DNA of 64,000 bases from Candidatus Nanopelagicales bacterium (lineage in GTDB: Bacteria > Actinomycetota > Actinomycetes > S36-B12 > CAIYMF01). This document shows, piece by piece, positions 31,648 to 42,013 of the stretch. The translations under genes were made by a program, and so were the position numbers. The DNA is taken from NCBI GenBank assembly GCA_025351185.1, contig JANXWJ010000094.1, positions 5,172 through 69,171 on the forward strand. Direction: 5' to 3'. Position 1 is the stretch's first letter, and each line of letters opens with the position of its first letter. The notes beneath the pieces were generated by a model. The model saw nothing but the letters and a program-made list of their open reading frames with translations. It did no database searches and was not told the origin of the DNA.

Positions 31648-32801
31648 GCGCCTGTCATCCCGAGCTCGCGTGCGATGAGCATGCGTTGCACCTCCGAAGT
31701 ACCTTCGCCGATCTCGAGGATCTTCGCGTCGCGATAGAACCGTCCCACCGGGAACTCGATCATGAAGCCGTAGCCACCGTGCACCTGGGTGGCCCAGCGC
31801 GCGTTGTCCATCGCCGCCTCCGACGCGTGCAGCTTGGCGATCGCCGCCTCGCGCTTGAAGGGCAGGCCAGCAGACATCCGCGAGGCCGCATCTCGCCAGG
31901 CGAGGCGTGAGGTGTGCGCGCGCACCTCCATGTCGGCGACGAGGAACTGCACGGCCTGGTTGGCACCGATCGGCCGTCCGAACGCCTCGCGCTGGGCGGC
32001 ATAGCGCACCGACTCGTCGACGCAGCCCTGCGCCAGCCCGGTCGCGAGCGCGGCGATCGCGATGCGGCCCTCGTCGAGGATCTGCAGGAACTGCGCATAG
32101 CCACGACCGCGCTCCCCCACGAGGTTGGCCGCCGGCACCCGGACGTCGACGAGCGAGAGCTCGTGGGTGTCCGATGCGTCCCAGCCGACCTTGCGATACG
32201 ACGGCGCCACCGTGAGTCCGGGCGTTCCGCTCGGCACGAGGATCGCGCTGATCTCCTTGCGCCCGTCTTCCTGGGTCCCGGTGACGGCCGTGACCGTGAC
32301 GAACCCCGTGATCGCCGTGCCCGAGTTGGTGATGAACGCCTTCGTACCGTTGATGACCCACTCGTCGCCGTCGAGCACCGCCGTGGTCTTCGTCGCGCCG
32401 GCGTCCGTGCCGCCACCGGGCTCGGTCAGGCCGAAGGCCGCGACCATCTCGCCACTCGTGAGACGGGGCAGCCACTCGCGCTTCTGCTGCTCGGTGCCGA
32501 AGCGGAAGATCGGCATCGCGCCGAGAGACACGGCGGCTTCCAGAGTGATCGCGACCGACGAGTCGACCCGCGCGAGCTCCTCGATGGCGACGCAGAGCGC
32601 GACGTAGTCACCGCCCATGCCGCCGTACTCCTCGGGGAAGGGCAGGCCGAACAGTCCCATGCGGCCCATGCTGGCGACGAGGTCGTACGGGAACTCCCCG
32701 CGGGCGTAGTGCTCACCGATGACCGGGGCGACCTCGCCGCGCGCGAAGGCCTCCACCGTGACCCTCAGGTCTTCGAGCTCGTCTGACAGACGCAGGTCCA
32801 C
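31644..32801 (-). CDS. Acyl-CoA dehydrogenase (branched-chain/isovaleryl-CoA-like)
   Basis: AFGLTEPGGGTDAG, INGTKAFITNSG, KVGWDASDT, QVHGGYGF, KILEIGEGTSEVQR. Confidence 0.95.
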   Translation of the reverse strand: MDLRLSDELEDLRVTVEAFARGEVAPVIGEHYARGEFPYDLVASMGRMGLFGLPFPEEYGGMGGDYVALCVAIEELARVDSSVAITLEAAVSLGAMPIFRFGTEQQKREWLPRLTSGEMVAAFGLTEPGGGTDAGATKTTAVLDGDEWVINGTKAFITNSGTAITGFVTVTAVTGTQEDGRKEISAILVPSGTPGLTVAPSYRKVGWDASDTHELSLVDVRVPAANLVGERGRGYAQFLQILDEGRIAIAALATGLAQGCVDESVRYAAQREAFGRPIGANQAVQFLVADMEVRAHTSRLAWRDAASRMSAGLPFKREAAIAKLHASEAAMDNARWATQVHGGYGFMIEFPVGRFYRDAKILEIGEGTSEVQRMLIARELGMTGA

Positions 32802-32943
32802 GTCGTCCTCCCTCCACCGGTCGTCGCGCCGGGTGGGCGCGCTCGGCCAGGCTGTACAACCCGGATCTCGGGTGGGGCGAGGCTACCTTCCACAGCGCCG
32901 ACCGATCGCAGTCGCAGCGGCGTACGCCAGGTAGACTTCTTCG

Positions 32944-33456
32944 GTGCCTGACACGTCCCGCCGACCCGCCGACCTGGTGCGTGGTCTCTACCGTCAGGCC
33001 GACCACCTGATCCACGAGGTCGCCAAGTTCGGCGCCGTGGGTCTGGTCGCTCTGGTGGTCGACGTCGGGCTGTTCAACCTGCTGCGTTTCGCCGGCGGCG
33101 AGGGCCCGATGTATGACAAGCCGCTCACCGCCAAGGTGATCAGCGTCACGGTTGCCGCGACGGTCGCCTACTTCGGCAACCGCTACTGGACGTTCCGCCA
33201 CCGCGGCCGCACCAGCTTCCACCGCGAGTACCTGCTGTTCATCGTGCTCAACGCCGTCGGCCTGGGCATCTCTGTCGGCTGCCTGTGGTTCTCGCACTAT
33301 GTGCTGAACCTTCGCGGCCCCATCGCCGACAACATCAGCGCCAACGTGATCGGCCTGGGGCTCGGCACGCTGTTCCGCTTCTGGTCCTACCGGCGCTGGG
33401 TCTTCCCCGAGGACACCGACGCAGCCGACGAGGAAGCCATCTCCACCGTCGCCTGA
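32944..33456 (+). CDS. GtrA family protein (putative lipid-linked sugar flippase)
   Basis: KFGAVG..ALVVD.GLFNLL, AYFGNRYWTFR, LFRFWSYRRWVF. Confidence 0.92.
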   Translation: MPDTSRRPADLVRGLYRQADHLIHEVAKFGAVGLVALVVDVGLFNLLRFAGGEGPMYDKPLTAKVISVTVAATVAYFGNRYWTFRHRGRTSFHREYLLFIVLNAVGLGISVGCLWFSHYVLNLRGPIADNISANVIGLGLGTLFRFWSYRRWVFPEDTDAADEEAISTVA

Positions 33457-34844
33457 GCAACTACCGACCGTTCGACGTCCGACTGCTCGACTGCGGGCGG
33501 AGCGGCTGCGGGCACCAAGGGCTCAGGACGTGCCTGCTCGGATGACATCTCGGCACTGGCCAGGTCGGGCAGCGGGGGGTCCGCCGCCACCTCGTCGGCG
33601 ACCTGGATCGCCGGGAGGAACATCGCGAACACCGCCGGGCGAGACGACAACAGCTCGAGCCGACCGCCGTCGGCAGACACGAGGGTGCGCGCCAGCGCGA
33701 GCCCGAGACCGGAGGAGTTACCGCCGCTGACGTTGCGCTCGAAGACGCGCGGCTCGACGTCCGGCGCGACCCCGGACCCCTCGTCGCTCACCTCGACGAC
33801 GGCCCATGTGCCCGAGCTGCGCACCCGGACGGTCGTGCGACCGGCGCCGTGCTGTAGGGCGTTCTCGATCAGGGTCCCCAACGCTTGGGACTGCGCGCCG
33901 AAGGCGCCGTCGATCTCGAGCCTCGACAACCCTTGCGACCGGATTTCGCGACCGGCTGCCTGGAAGGTTGGCGTCCACTCGAGCACCTGGCTCTCGACGA
34001 GTGCGTCGAGGGAGTACCGCGACTGCGGGCCGAGCGGAAAACCACGGCTCACAGACACGACGTCATCGACGACACCCGAGAGCCGCTCGACCTGCCCGAG
34101 CGCCGCAGTAGCCTCGGCATGCACGACGTCGAGATCGTCGGAGGCCAGGATCTCCTCGAGCCGCAACGACAGTGCCGTGAGCGGGGTCCGCAGTTGGTGG
34201 CTCGTCTCGGCCGTGACGCGACGCTCACTCTCGAGGAGGTCGTTGAAGTTCGATGCTCCCTGGTCGAGCACGTCCGCGACCGCATCGAGCTCGGCGATTC
34301 CGTATCGACGTGACACCTGGCGTCGGTCGCCGGTAGCCAGCCGGCCCGCCGCCTCAGCAAAGTCCTCGAGCGGGCGGGTGAGGCGACGGGCGTAGAACAG
34401 CGCGATGACCATCGAGACGGCGAGTGCGAACACCGACAGCGCGATGACAACGAAGCCTTGGGAACGCACGAGCTTGACGTTGACCTCGAGCGGAATCTTG
34501 GCCTCGACCGTGACCGACTCGCCGGCGGGTGTGACCTGGGTGTCGCGGCCGTCGAAGACAGAGCCGGTGGGCGCGGCCCCTGTCGAGAACGTCGACCCGT
34601 CGGGCAGCGTGGCGCGCAGCCACGCCTCGTCGCGGACATAGCCACGCAGGGTGTCCTCGGTGATCGTGCCGTGCGCCTCGACCAGCTCCTCGAGTCCGGA
34701 CGCCGCGACGCGGGCGGTGTCACCGGCCCGGTTCTGCATCGCGGAGCCCATGGCGGCCCAGATGACCGCGACGAGAACAACGCCCAGAATCGTCAGCGCG
34801 AGCAGCGTCGTGGAGAACACCAGGGTCAGCAGGCGCCGGCGCAC
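33387..34844 (-). CDS. Sensor histidine kinase (DraK-like by sequence start and gene position)
   Basis: Two TM segments, HAMP, SHQLRTPLTAL H-box, LIENALQHG N-box, SGLGLALAR G-box. The 3' end overlaps the GtrA gene by 70 nt. Confidence 0.9.
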   Translation of the reverse strand: MRRRLLTLVFSTTLLALTILGVVLVAVIWAAMGSAMQNRAGDTARVAASGLEELVEAHGTITEDTLRGYVRDEAWLRATLPDGSTFSTGAAPTGSVFDGRDTQVTPAGESVTVEAKIPLEVNVKLVRSQGFVVIALSVFALAVSMVIALFYARRLTRPLEDFAEAAGRLATGDRRQVSRRYGIAELDAVADVLDQGASNFNDLLESERRVTAETSHQLRTPLTALSLRLEEILASDDLDVVHAEATAALGQVERLSGVVDDVVSVSRGFPLGPQSRYSLDALVESQVLEWTPTFQAAGREIRSQGLSRLEIDGAFGAQSQALGTLIENALQHGAGRTTVRVRSSGTWAVVEVSDEGSGVAPDVEPRVFERNVSGGNSSGLGLALARTLVSADGGRLELLSSRPAVFAMFLPAIQVADEVAADPPLPDLASAEMSSEQARPEPLVPAAAPPAVEQSDVERSVVAQATVEMASSSAASVSSGKTQRR

Positions 34845-34845
34845 G

Positions 34846-35532
34846 TCACACCGCCTTGTCGAGCCGGAACCCGACCCCGCGGACGGTGGTGATGCGCGAT
34901 CCCGCGTCGCCGAGCTTGCGGCGCAGCGTCGAGACATGCATGTCGAGCGTCTTGGTCGCCCCGAGCCACTCGGTCTGCCAGACCTCGCGCATGAGCTCGT
35001 CGCGGCCGACAACCGTGCCCGCACGGCGCATGAGCATGAGCAGCAGGTCGTACTCCTTCGGCGTCAGCGCGGCCTCGACACCGTCGACCGTCACGCGACG
35101 AGACGGCACGTCGAGCGCGATCTCACCGACGGAGTAGGAATCCGGCTCGGGCAGGCCGGCCCGGCGCAGCTGGGCGCGCACCCGGGCGAGCAGCTCCGCG
35201 ATGCGGAACGGCTTGCCGACGTAGTCGTCGGCGCCCGCGTCGAGCCCGACGACGAGGTCGGGCACATCCGTCCGCGCGGTGAGCACGAGCACCGGCAGCG
35301 TGCTGCCGCGCCCGCGCAGCGAGCGGCAGACGTCGAGACCGTCCATGCCGGGGAGCCCCAGGTCGAGCACGAGCAGGTCGGAGGATCCCGACAGCGCCGA
35401 CGTGAGGGCGGTCGGACCGTCGGTGACCAGGGTGACGTCGTAGCCCTCGCGGGACAGCGCGCGCACCAGCGGCTCGCTGATGTCGGTGTCGTCCTCGGCC
35501 ACCAGGATGCGGTTGGGGTGGCCTGGGTTCAT
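34846..35532 (-). CDS. OmpR-family response regulator (DraR-like)
   Basis: ILVAEDD, LDLGLPGMDG, GADDYVGKPF, KTLDMHVSTLRRKL, TVRGVGFR. Confidence 0.95.
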   Translation of the reverse strand: MNPGHPNRILVAEDDTDISEPLVRALSREGYDVTLVTDGPTALTSALSGSSDLLVLDLGLPGMDGLDVCRSLRGRGSTLPVLVLTARTDVPDLVVGLDAGADDYVGKPFRIAELLARVRAQLRRAGLPEPDSYSVGEIALDVPSRRVTVDGVEAALTPKEYDLLLMLMRRAGTVVGRDELMREVWQTEWLGATKTLDMHVSTLRRKLGDAGSRITTVRGVGFRLDKAV

Positions 35533-35585
35533 GCCGTCAGGATAGGTCGCCCGGCGGCGCATGGGGACAACGGACGCGACAGCGA

Positions 35586-37316
35586 TCAGCGGCGCACGGC
35601 CAGCGCCACGCCGGCGCGCAGCGCCGATACGTAGGGCCGGACGGGCGCGGAGAGGTCGTCGCCGAGGATCTCCACGACCCAGTGGTTGCCCTCGCCGTCA
35701 GCAGCGCCGGTCATGAGCATCTCGGACTGGCCGGCGAGCATGAGGAGCGACGTCTCGGCCGGGTCGCTGCGCGGGTCGTCGACGTCGACGACGACGTGGT
35801 GACCGGTGAGCGCGGCGTAGGTCGCGGGATAGTCGTCGACCTTGTATTCGTCGAGCACGAAGTAGTCGGCGCCCTCGACCCCGCGGGCGACCGCCGACGC
35901 CTGGGTGACGACCGTCTTGGAGCCCGCAGCCATGCGTGAGACGAACCAGCTCGACGCATCGACGCTCTCGGCGATCGTCTCAGTGACGACGACGAGCCGC
36001 TTCAGCGGATCGCCCTCCGCGACCGAGTCGAGGCGAAGGAGGAGCTCGTCGAGCACCGGTCCGGGTCCCAGGGCACCACGCCCGCGGAAGTGGCGCCGCT
36101 CCGGGTTCTCCGAGTCGTCCCCCGCTTCCGCGGTCACTGCGGTACGCCCGGCGACGACCGGTCCGTGCAACCGGGCCCGCTTGGCGCGGTACTGCGCCGC
36201 GTCGGCCGCACGAAGGAACCGCGACGGCGTGACCGACACGGCGGGGAGGTCGTCGGTCGTGGCGACACCGCAGGCGACGCCCTCGTCGAGGACCATCGCG
36301 GCCCGCCTGCAGATGTCGTGCGCGAGCGCCACGACGGCGTCGCCCGTCGAGCCCTGGACCAGGACGCAGAACTCGTCTCCGCCGAGTCGTGCAGCGAGCG
36401 CGTCGGGCAGCGACGACGCCGAGGCGGCGAGCTCGCTCGCGAAGGTCAGCAAGGAGGAGTCACCCGCGACGTGGCCGTGCCGGTCGTTGATCCTCTTGAG
36501 CCCGTTGACGTCGACGACGACCATGCCCACCGAGACGCCGGCCGTGCGGTGCAGCGCGAGAGCCTCGTCGAGCCGGTCCTCGAAGGCGCGGCGGTTGGCC
36601 AGACCGGTCAGGTCATCGGTATACGCGAGGCGCTCGACACGTGCCAGGTGCTCGGCCTGGGCGATGCCGGCCCCGACCTGGGAGGACACGACGCGGGCGA
36701 AGTCGAGGTCGTCAGGCGAGAACGAGGGCTGGTCCGCGGTGCGGGTTGCCCAGAGCTCACCCCACACCCGTCCCTCGTACATGATCGGGACTGCCAGCGC
36801 GCACTGCTTGCCCTCGGCCTCGAGGATCCGGCGTACTCCGTCGTCGCCCTCCCTGACCTCGTCGAGGTGCTGCACATAGCCGATGCCCTCGGCGAACATC
36901 CTGCGAGCGAGCGGGAACTCCGAGAGCAGGTAGGTCTCGTCGGCGGGCTCGTGCACCTGGCCGGGCGCGATGTCGCCGTCGTTGACGAGGGTGCGGATCC
37001 GGCCTCGGTCGCGCTCCCAGACGGAGAGCGACACGGTCGAGGCCTCGAGCGCCTTGCGGCCCTCGGTCGCCATGACCCGCAGCAGGTCGGCGTAGCCACG
37101 CGCGGCCGACACCAACGACACGAACTCGATGAGCGAGCGCAGCCGGAAGCCGAGGTCGGCAGTGGACGCAGCTGATGCGTCCACGCGTCCGACCCCCGGA
37201 TCCACGTCCGTCACGTCCCGCACGGGATGAGTATCGGCAAGGATCGCTGCGGATCGTTCGCCCGAGCGGGTGGTCCGCTGGCCCGTTCGGATGACGGCGC
37301 GTGCGTCGCTGAGCAC
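35586..37316 (-). CDS. GAF-GGDEF diguanylate cyclase (CdgE-like); start uncertain
   Basis: GAF (LAVPIMYEGRVWGELWATR), DDLTGLANRR, DVNGLKRINDRHGH..GD, RLGGDEF; no RxxD I-site; C-terminal GAF-like region. Confidence 0.9.
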   Translation of the reverse strand: MLSDARAVIRTGQRTTRSGERSAAILADTHPVRDVTDVDPGVGRVDASAASTADLGFRLRSLIEFVSLVSAARGYADLLRVMATEGRKALEASTVSLSVWERDRGRIRTLVNDGDIAPGQVHEPADETYLLSEFPLARRMFAEGIGYVQHLDEVREGDDGVRRILEAEGKQCALAVPIMYEGRVWGELWATRTADQPSFSPDDLDFARVVSSQVGAGIAQAEHLARVERLAYTDDLTGLANRRAFEDRLDEALALHRTAGVSVGMVVVDVNGLKRINDRHGHVAGDSSLLTFASELAASASSLPDALAARLGGDEFCVLVQGSTGDAVVALAHDICRRAAMVLDEGVACGVATTDDLPAVSVTPSRFLRAADAAQYRAKRARLHGPVVAGRTAVTAEAGDDSENPERRHFRGRGALGPGPVLDELLLRLDSVAEGDPLKRLVVVTETIAESVDASSWFVSRMAAGSKTVVTQASAVARGVEGADYFVLDEYKVDDYPATYAALTGHHVVVDVDDPRSDPAETSLLMLAGQSEMLMTGAADGEGNHWVVEILGDDLSAPVRPYVSALRAGVALAVRR

Positions 37317-37378
37317 GCCTGGGCCCGATCCGCTGGGCCGGACGAGGTGAGCCGGTGCCGGGATGGGAGCAGCACGGC

Positions 37379-38395
37379 TCAGGACCTGGCGCGCTCCAGG
37401 ACGTAGGGCTGGACCAGGCCGATGCCGCGTACGGCCCGCGGGAGCATCGCGCGCAATCTCAGGCCGGGCACCTCGCCGATCGCCTCAGCGGTCGCCGCAT
37501 CGACCAGCACCGAGTCGGGCCGCGCCTCTGCGGTGAGGCGGCTGGCCAGGTTGACCGTCGTGCCGAACACGTCGCCCCGACGCGAGACGACGACACCGGT
37601 CGCGAGCCCGATGCGCAGCCGCGGCACGGTCTCGTCGTCGCCGTGTGCCTCGATGAGGCGCACGGCGACCTCGGCAGCGGCGACCGCGTCACCGGCGACG
37701 AAGAGGATCTCGTCGCCCAGCGTCTTGATGAGCCGGCCGCCGGCGGCGGCGACGACATCGGCGGAGCGCGACTCGAACCGCTCGACCAGGGCCGCGAGCT
37801 CGTCCTCCTCGAGCCGCCGGGTGAGGCGGGTGAACCCCACCTGGTCGGCGAAACCGACCGTGAGGTGGCCGGTCTCGACGTTGCCGTCGCGCTCGGCGTC
37901 GCCGAGGCCCCGCTCGATGGCTGCCGCGAGCTGCCGCCGCCACCCGTGGACCAGCAACCGTTCGAGCACCGGCAGCAGCACGTCCATCTCCCGGAACATG
38001 CTCGCCGCGGACTCCTCCGACAGCGGGTCCCGCGGATCGATCGACCCGCGTTCGACCAGCAGCCGCCCGAACGTGTCGGCCTGCCAGTCCGCGAGCCGCG
38101 CGGTGGTCTGGCCGAGGCTGCGCGCGACGTCGACTGCCGTCCTGCGGTCGAGCACGCCACGGTCGAGCAGAGCGCCGAGGAGGCGCAGCGCATCGACGTC
38201 CGCATCGGTGAACGCCACCGCGTCGCCGACGTCAGCGAATCCCATGGCGCGCCAGAGCCGTCGGGCGTCCTCCAGGGGCACACCAGCGGCAGCGGCGACC
38301 TGCTCGCGGGTCAGGCGTCGCGGGGCACCAAGCACGACGTCGACGAGGTCGTCGACGACCTCGTCGCTGCGGCGCCCGCGCGCCTCGTCGGTCAC
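37379..38395 (-). CDS. cya: Class III adenylate cyclase
   Basis: GFADQVGFTRL, IKTLGDE, LRIGLA.G, GDVFGTTVNLASRL; Lys and Asp indicate ATP specificity. Position next to birA matches the Streptomyces cya locus as recalled. Confidence 0.88.
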   Translation of the reverse strand: MTDEARGRRSDEVVDDLVDVVLGAPRRLTREQVAAAAGVPLEDARRLWRAMGFADVGDAVAFTDADVDALRLLGALLDRGVLDRRTAVDVARSLGQTTARLADWQADTFGRLLVERGSIDPRDPLSEESAASMFREMDVLLPVLERLLVHGWRRQLAAAIERGLGDAERDGNVETGHLTVGFADQVGFTRLTRRLEEDELAALVERFESRSADVVAAAGGRLIKTLGDEILFVAGDAVAAAEVAVRLIEAHGDDETVPRLRIGLATGVVVSRRGDVFGTTVNLASRLTAEARPDSVLVDAATAEAIGEVPGLRLRAMLPRAVRGIGLVQPYVLERARS

Positions 38396-38949
38396 TCGCC
38401 AGGCTGCGGCGCGGGCGGCGTGCCGGGCTGCTGCTCGTACTGGTTGCGCCGACGCATGTCGTCCTCGTCGTGCAGCCGGTAGATATCGCGTTGGATCTGC
38501 TCGACGTTAGGGACGCTCTGGATGATGAGCTGCCCCTGGGTGCCGGCCGACTCGACCTGCAGCGTGCCGCAGTTGACGAACCGCTCCACGAACGAGTGTG
38601 AGAACGACACGTCGTTGACGCGCGAGAGCGGCATGTCGCGCCCCTTGCGGGCGACCACACCGGTGCGCACGATGATGCGGTGGTCGGTGAAGACGTACTG
38701 CGTGGAGTACCAGTAGATGAACGGGCGCAGCACGAGGATCACGAGCGCGAGGACCATGATGATGCCGACGATCCAGCGTCCCGCCGGTGCCATCGAGCTG
38801 TCCGAGCCCGACAGCTTGGCGAGCAGGAACACGCCCACGCCGATCGTGACCAGGAACCACAGGATCGGAGCGATGAGCGCGCGCCAGTGCGGACGCAGCT
38901 CATACACGATCGTCTCGTCGTCGGCCAGGAGCTTCTTCGGATACGCCAT
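38392..38949 (-). CDS. Membrane protein with bacterial PH domain (bPH_2)
   Basis: Two TM segments, then YVFTDHRIIVRTG...PLSRVNDVSF..SFVERFVNCGTLQVESAG. Confidence 0.9.
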   Translation of the reverse strand: MAYPKKLLADDETIVYELRPHWRALIAPILWFLVTIGVGVFLLAKLSGSDSSMAPAGRWIVGIIMVLALVILVLRPFIYWYSTQYVFTDHRIIVRTGVVARKGRDMPLSRVNDVSFSHSFVERFVNCGTLQVESAGTQGQLIIQSVPNVEQIQRDIYRLHDEDDMRRRNQYEQQPGTPPAPQPGE

Positions 38950-39096
38950 GCCCGCATCGTGGCACGACGTACCCCTCACCGGCGCCCACACCGCCGGAAG
39001 ATCGCGACACCGGGTCACCCCGTGCAGGTCAGCCGGTTGTCCCGAGATCGCGATCATGTCGTGCTCGGGGTGGGTACACGCGTCAGGATGGGTGCG

Positions 39097-39951
39097 TCAG
39101 CGGAGGTGCTCGATGTCTCCGGCGGAGACCGGGTGCGTGCTGCCGTCCCGGCGCCGCAGCAGGAGGCGGCCATCGTCGTCGAGGGCGTACGCCGTGCCCT
39201 CCTCGACCCGGTCGCCGGGCAGCGACGCCCGCACCTCGCGACCCAGCGTGAGACACCGCCGGGTGTAGGCGTCGGCGACACCCGAGCGACGGGCGTCGCC
39301 CGACGCGAGCTGCCAGAGCAGGTAGTGCCGACGCAGGGCGACACCGATGTCGACCACGAGATGCTCCCGGCGCACCCGGACCCCCTCGAGGACGGTCGAG
39401 GTCGCGCGCGCGACGGGGAGCTCGTCGGCACGCAGGTCGACGTTGACGCCGATCCCCACGACGAGCGACCCCTCGACCCGCTCGACGAGGATCCCGCCGA
39501 GCTTGCGCGGGCCGGCGCTCCCGTCACGGGCGTCACCGTCGACCACCACGTCATTGGGCCACTTGAGAGCGCAGGTCACCTCCTGTGCCTCCAGCGCCTC
39601 GACGACCGCGAGCCCGGACAGCAACGGGACCCAGCCCCAGGACGACTCCGGGGCGAACGGCCGGAGCACGATCGACATCGCGAGGCCCGCGCCCCAGGGC
39701 GAGTGCCAGGAGCGGTCGAGGCGACCGCGGCCGAGCGTCTGCTCCTCGGCGACGATCGTGAAACCCTCGGGAGCGCCTTCGCGTACCTGGTCGGCCGCAT
39801 CGGCGTTGGTCGACCCGGTCGACCCGAGCACAGCGACCGGCTCCCACGACCCGTCACCCGCGGCATCGAGAGCCGCCTGGAGCAGGTCGTCGCGCCAGTG
39901 CCGCGGATCACCAGACGGGTCTTGCGGGTGCGCTGAGTCAGGGGCGGTCAC
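39097..39951 (-). CDS. birA: Biotin-protein ligase (no HTH)
   Basis: TGSTNAD, AEEQTLGRGRLDRSW, LKWPNDV, RKLGGILVE, VGIGVNV. Confidence 0.93.
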   Translation of the reverse strand: MTAPDSAHPQDPSGDPRHWRDDLLQAALDAAGDGSWEPVAVLGSTGSTNADAADQVREGAPEGFTIVAEEQTLGRGRLDRSWHSPWGAGLAMSIVLRPFAPESSWGWVPLLSGLAVVEALEAQEVTCALKWPNDVVVDGDARDGSAGPRKLGGILVERVEGSLVVGIGVNVDLRADELPVARATSTVLEGVRVRREHLVVDIGVALRRHYLLWQLASGDARRSGVADAYTRRCLTLGREVRASLPGDRVEEGTAYALDDDGRLLLRRRDGSTHPVSAGDIEHLR

Positions 39952-40015
39952 CTGGCTAAGGTACGAGAGAAGGCCTGGTCCGACAGGCCGCACGACCACG
40001 AGAGGGTGACGCGCG

Positions 40016-41623
40016 GTGACCGCAGCGGCAGAGCTCGAGACCTCGGGCGCGCCCGAGGACGACCCGAAGACGACCGCCGGCAAGATCGCGGACTTCGAGG
40101 TCCGGCGCGAAGCCGCGGCGCATGCAGCGTCGGAGAAGTCGGTCGAGAAGCAGCACTCCCGCGGCAAGGGCACCGCACGGGAACGCATCGACCAGCTGCT
40201 CGACGAGGGGTCCTTCGTCGAGCTCGATGCCCTTGCCCGACACCGCTCCAACGCCTTCGACCTCCCCGACAACCGTCCCTATGGCGACGGTGTCGTCACC
40301 GGCTACGGCACGATCGACGGCCGTCAGGTCTGCGTGTTCGCCCAGGACTTCACCATCTTCGGCGGCAGCCTCGGCGAGGTCTACGGCGAGAAGATCATCA
40401 AGATCATGGACCTCGCCATGAAGACCGGCGTGCCCATGATCGGGATCAACGACTCCGGCGGTGCGCGCATCCAGGAGGGTGTCGTCTCGCTCGGGCTGTA
40501 CGGCGAGATCTTCCGCCGCAACGTGCTCTCCTCCGGCGTGATCCCGCAGATCTCACTCATCATGGGCCCGTGCGCCGGCGGCGCGGTCTACTCCCCCGCC
40601 ATCACCGACTTCACGATCATGATCGACAAGACGTCGCACATGTTCATCACCGGACCCGACGTCATCAAGACGGTCACGGGCGAGGACGTCGGCTTCGACG
40701 AGCTCGGTGGCGCGCTCACGCACAACAGCAAGAGCGGTGTGGCCCACGCGATGTCGGCCGACGAGGCCGAGGGCATGGAGTTCGTCAAGGCGCTGCTCGG
40801 GTTCCTGCCGAGCAACAACCTCGACGAGGCACCCGCCTTCGACGTCGAGGCGGACCTCGAGCCGGGCGAGAGCGACCTCGCGCTCGACACGCTCGTGCCC
40901 GACTCCCCCAACCAGCCCTACGACATGCACGCTGTCCTCGAGTCGGTGCTCGACGACGGCGACTTCCTCGAGATCCAGCCGCTCTGGGCGCCCAACATCA
41001 TCGTCGGTTTCGGCCGGGTCGAGGGACGCTCCGTCGGCGTGGTCGCCAACCAGCCGATGCAGTTCGCGGGCACGCTCGACATCGAGGCATCGGAGAAGGC
41101 CGCGCGCTTCGTGCGCACGTGCGACGCGTTCAACGTCCCGGTGCTCACCTTCGTCGACGTGCCAGGCTTCCTCCCCGGCACCGACCAGGAGTGGAACGGC
41201 ATCATCCGGCGAGGCGCCAAGCTCATCTATGCCTACGCCGAGGCGACCGTGCCCCTCGTCACCGTCATCACGCGCAAGGCCTATGGCGGCGCCTACGACG
41301 TGATGGGCTCCAAGCACCTCGGCGCCGACGTCAACCTCGCGTGGCCCACCGCGCAGATCGCAGTCATGGGTGCGCAGGGTGCGGTCAACATCCTCTACCG
41401 CCGCGACCTCGCGGCGGCCGACGACCCGGACGCCCGGCGTACCGAGCTGGTCGACGACTACGAGAAGACGCTGGCCAACCCCTACATCGCGGCGGAGCGC
41501 GGCTACATCGACGCCGTCATCCGCCCGAGCGAGACGCGCGTGCACATCACGCGAGCGCTGCGCGCGCTGCGCACCAAGCGCGCGACGCTGCCACCCAAGA
41601 AGCACGGGAACATCCCGCTGTGA
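40016..41623 (+). CDS. pccB: Propionyl/acyl-CoA carboxylase beta (carboxyltransferase) subunit
   Basis: [56 protein letters not shown]. Confidence 0.96.
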   Translation: MTAAAELETSGAPEDDPKTTAGKIADFEVRREAAAHAASEKSVEKQHSRGKGTARERIDQLLDEGSFVELDALARHRSNAFDLPDNRPYGDGVVTGYGTIDGRQVCVFAQDFTIFGGSLGEVYGEKIIKIMDLAMKTGVPMIGINDSGGARIQEGVVSLGLYGEIFRRNVLSSGVIPQISLIMGPCAGGAVYSPAITDFTIMIDKTSHMFITGPDVIKTVTGEDVGFDELGGALTHNSKSGVAHAMSADEAEGMEFVKALLGFLPSNNLDEAPAFDVEADLEPGESDLALDTLVPDSPNQPYDMHAVLESVLDDGDFLEIQPLWAPNIIVGFGRVEGRSVGVVANQPMQFAGTLDIEASEKAARFVRTCDAFNVPVLTFVDVPGFLPGTDQEWNGIIRRGAKLIYAYAEATVPLVTVITRKAYGGAYDVMGSKHLGADVNLAWPTAQIAVMGAQGAVNILYRRDLAAADDPDARRTELVDDYEKTLANPYIAAERGYIDAVIRPSETRVHITRALRALRTKRATLPPKKHGNIPL

Positions 41624-41877
41624 GCGACCAGGTCACTACGCCCGACACGGCTCCCGACACCACGTCCGACATCGCACCCGAGCGCCCGCTGCTCCGCGTC
41701 GTACGTGGAACCCCCGACGCACTCGAGCTGGCCGCTCTCGTGGCAGTCGTGGCCGCCTCCGGAGGCGGCGACGGCGACGCGCCCGCACCCGTCCGCTCGG
41801 CATGGGCGGCCCCCCACCGCTCGGTCCGAGGCGCGCTGCCCACCGGCGGCTGGCGCACCTCCCTCGCCCCACACTGA
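41620..41877 (+). CDS. Acyl-CoA carboxylase epsilon subunit
   Basis: [20 protein letters not shown]...SAWAAP...WR; GTGA overlap with the pccB stop. Confidence 0.88.
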   Translation: MSDQVTTPDTAPDTTSDIAPERPLLRVVRGTPDALELAALVAVVAASGGGDGDAPAPVRSAWAAPHRSVRGALPTGGWRTSLAPH

Positions 41878-41899
41878 CCCGACCGCCCCGACACCCACA

Positions 41900-41971
41900 G
41901 TCCTCGAGTCACTGCCCGAATCCTTCGTTTCAGCAGGCTCACATCATGGATTGCGGCCGTGACTCGAAGAC
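41900..41971. repeat. Imperfect long hairpin between accE and maf
   Basis: gtcctcgagtcac / gtgactcgaagac (12/13) plus inner aatcc/ggatt; AT-richer loop. Confidence 0.55.
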
Positions 41972-42013
41972 CTGAGGCGGTGCGGGCGGGTGGTCCGTGG
42001 CACGGTTCTCGGT

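Noticed and set aside
30682-32475. 597-aa ORF suggesting an epimerase fusion
   Set aside because: The N-terminal half is an off-frame reading of the ACAD gene; the real start is the ATG at 31647.
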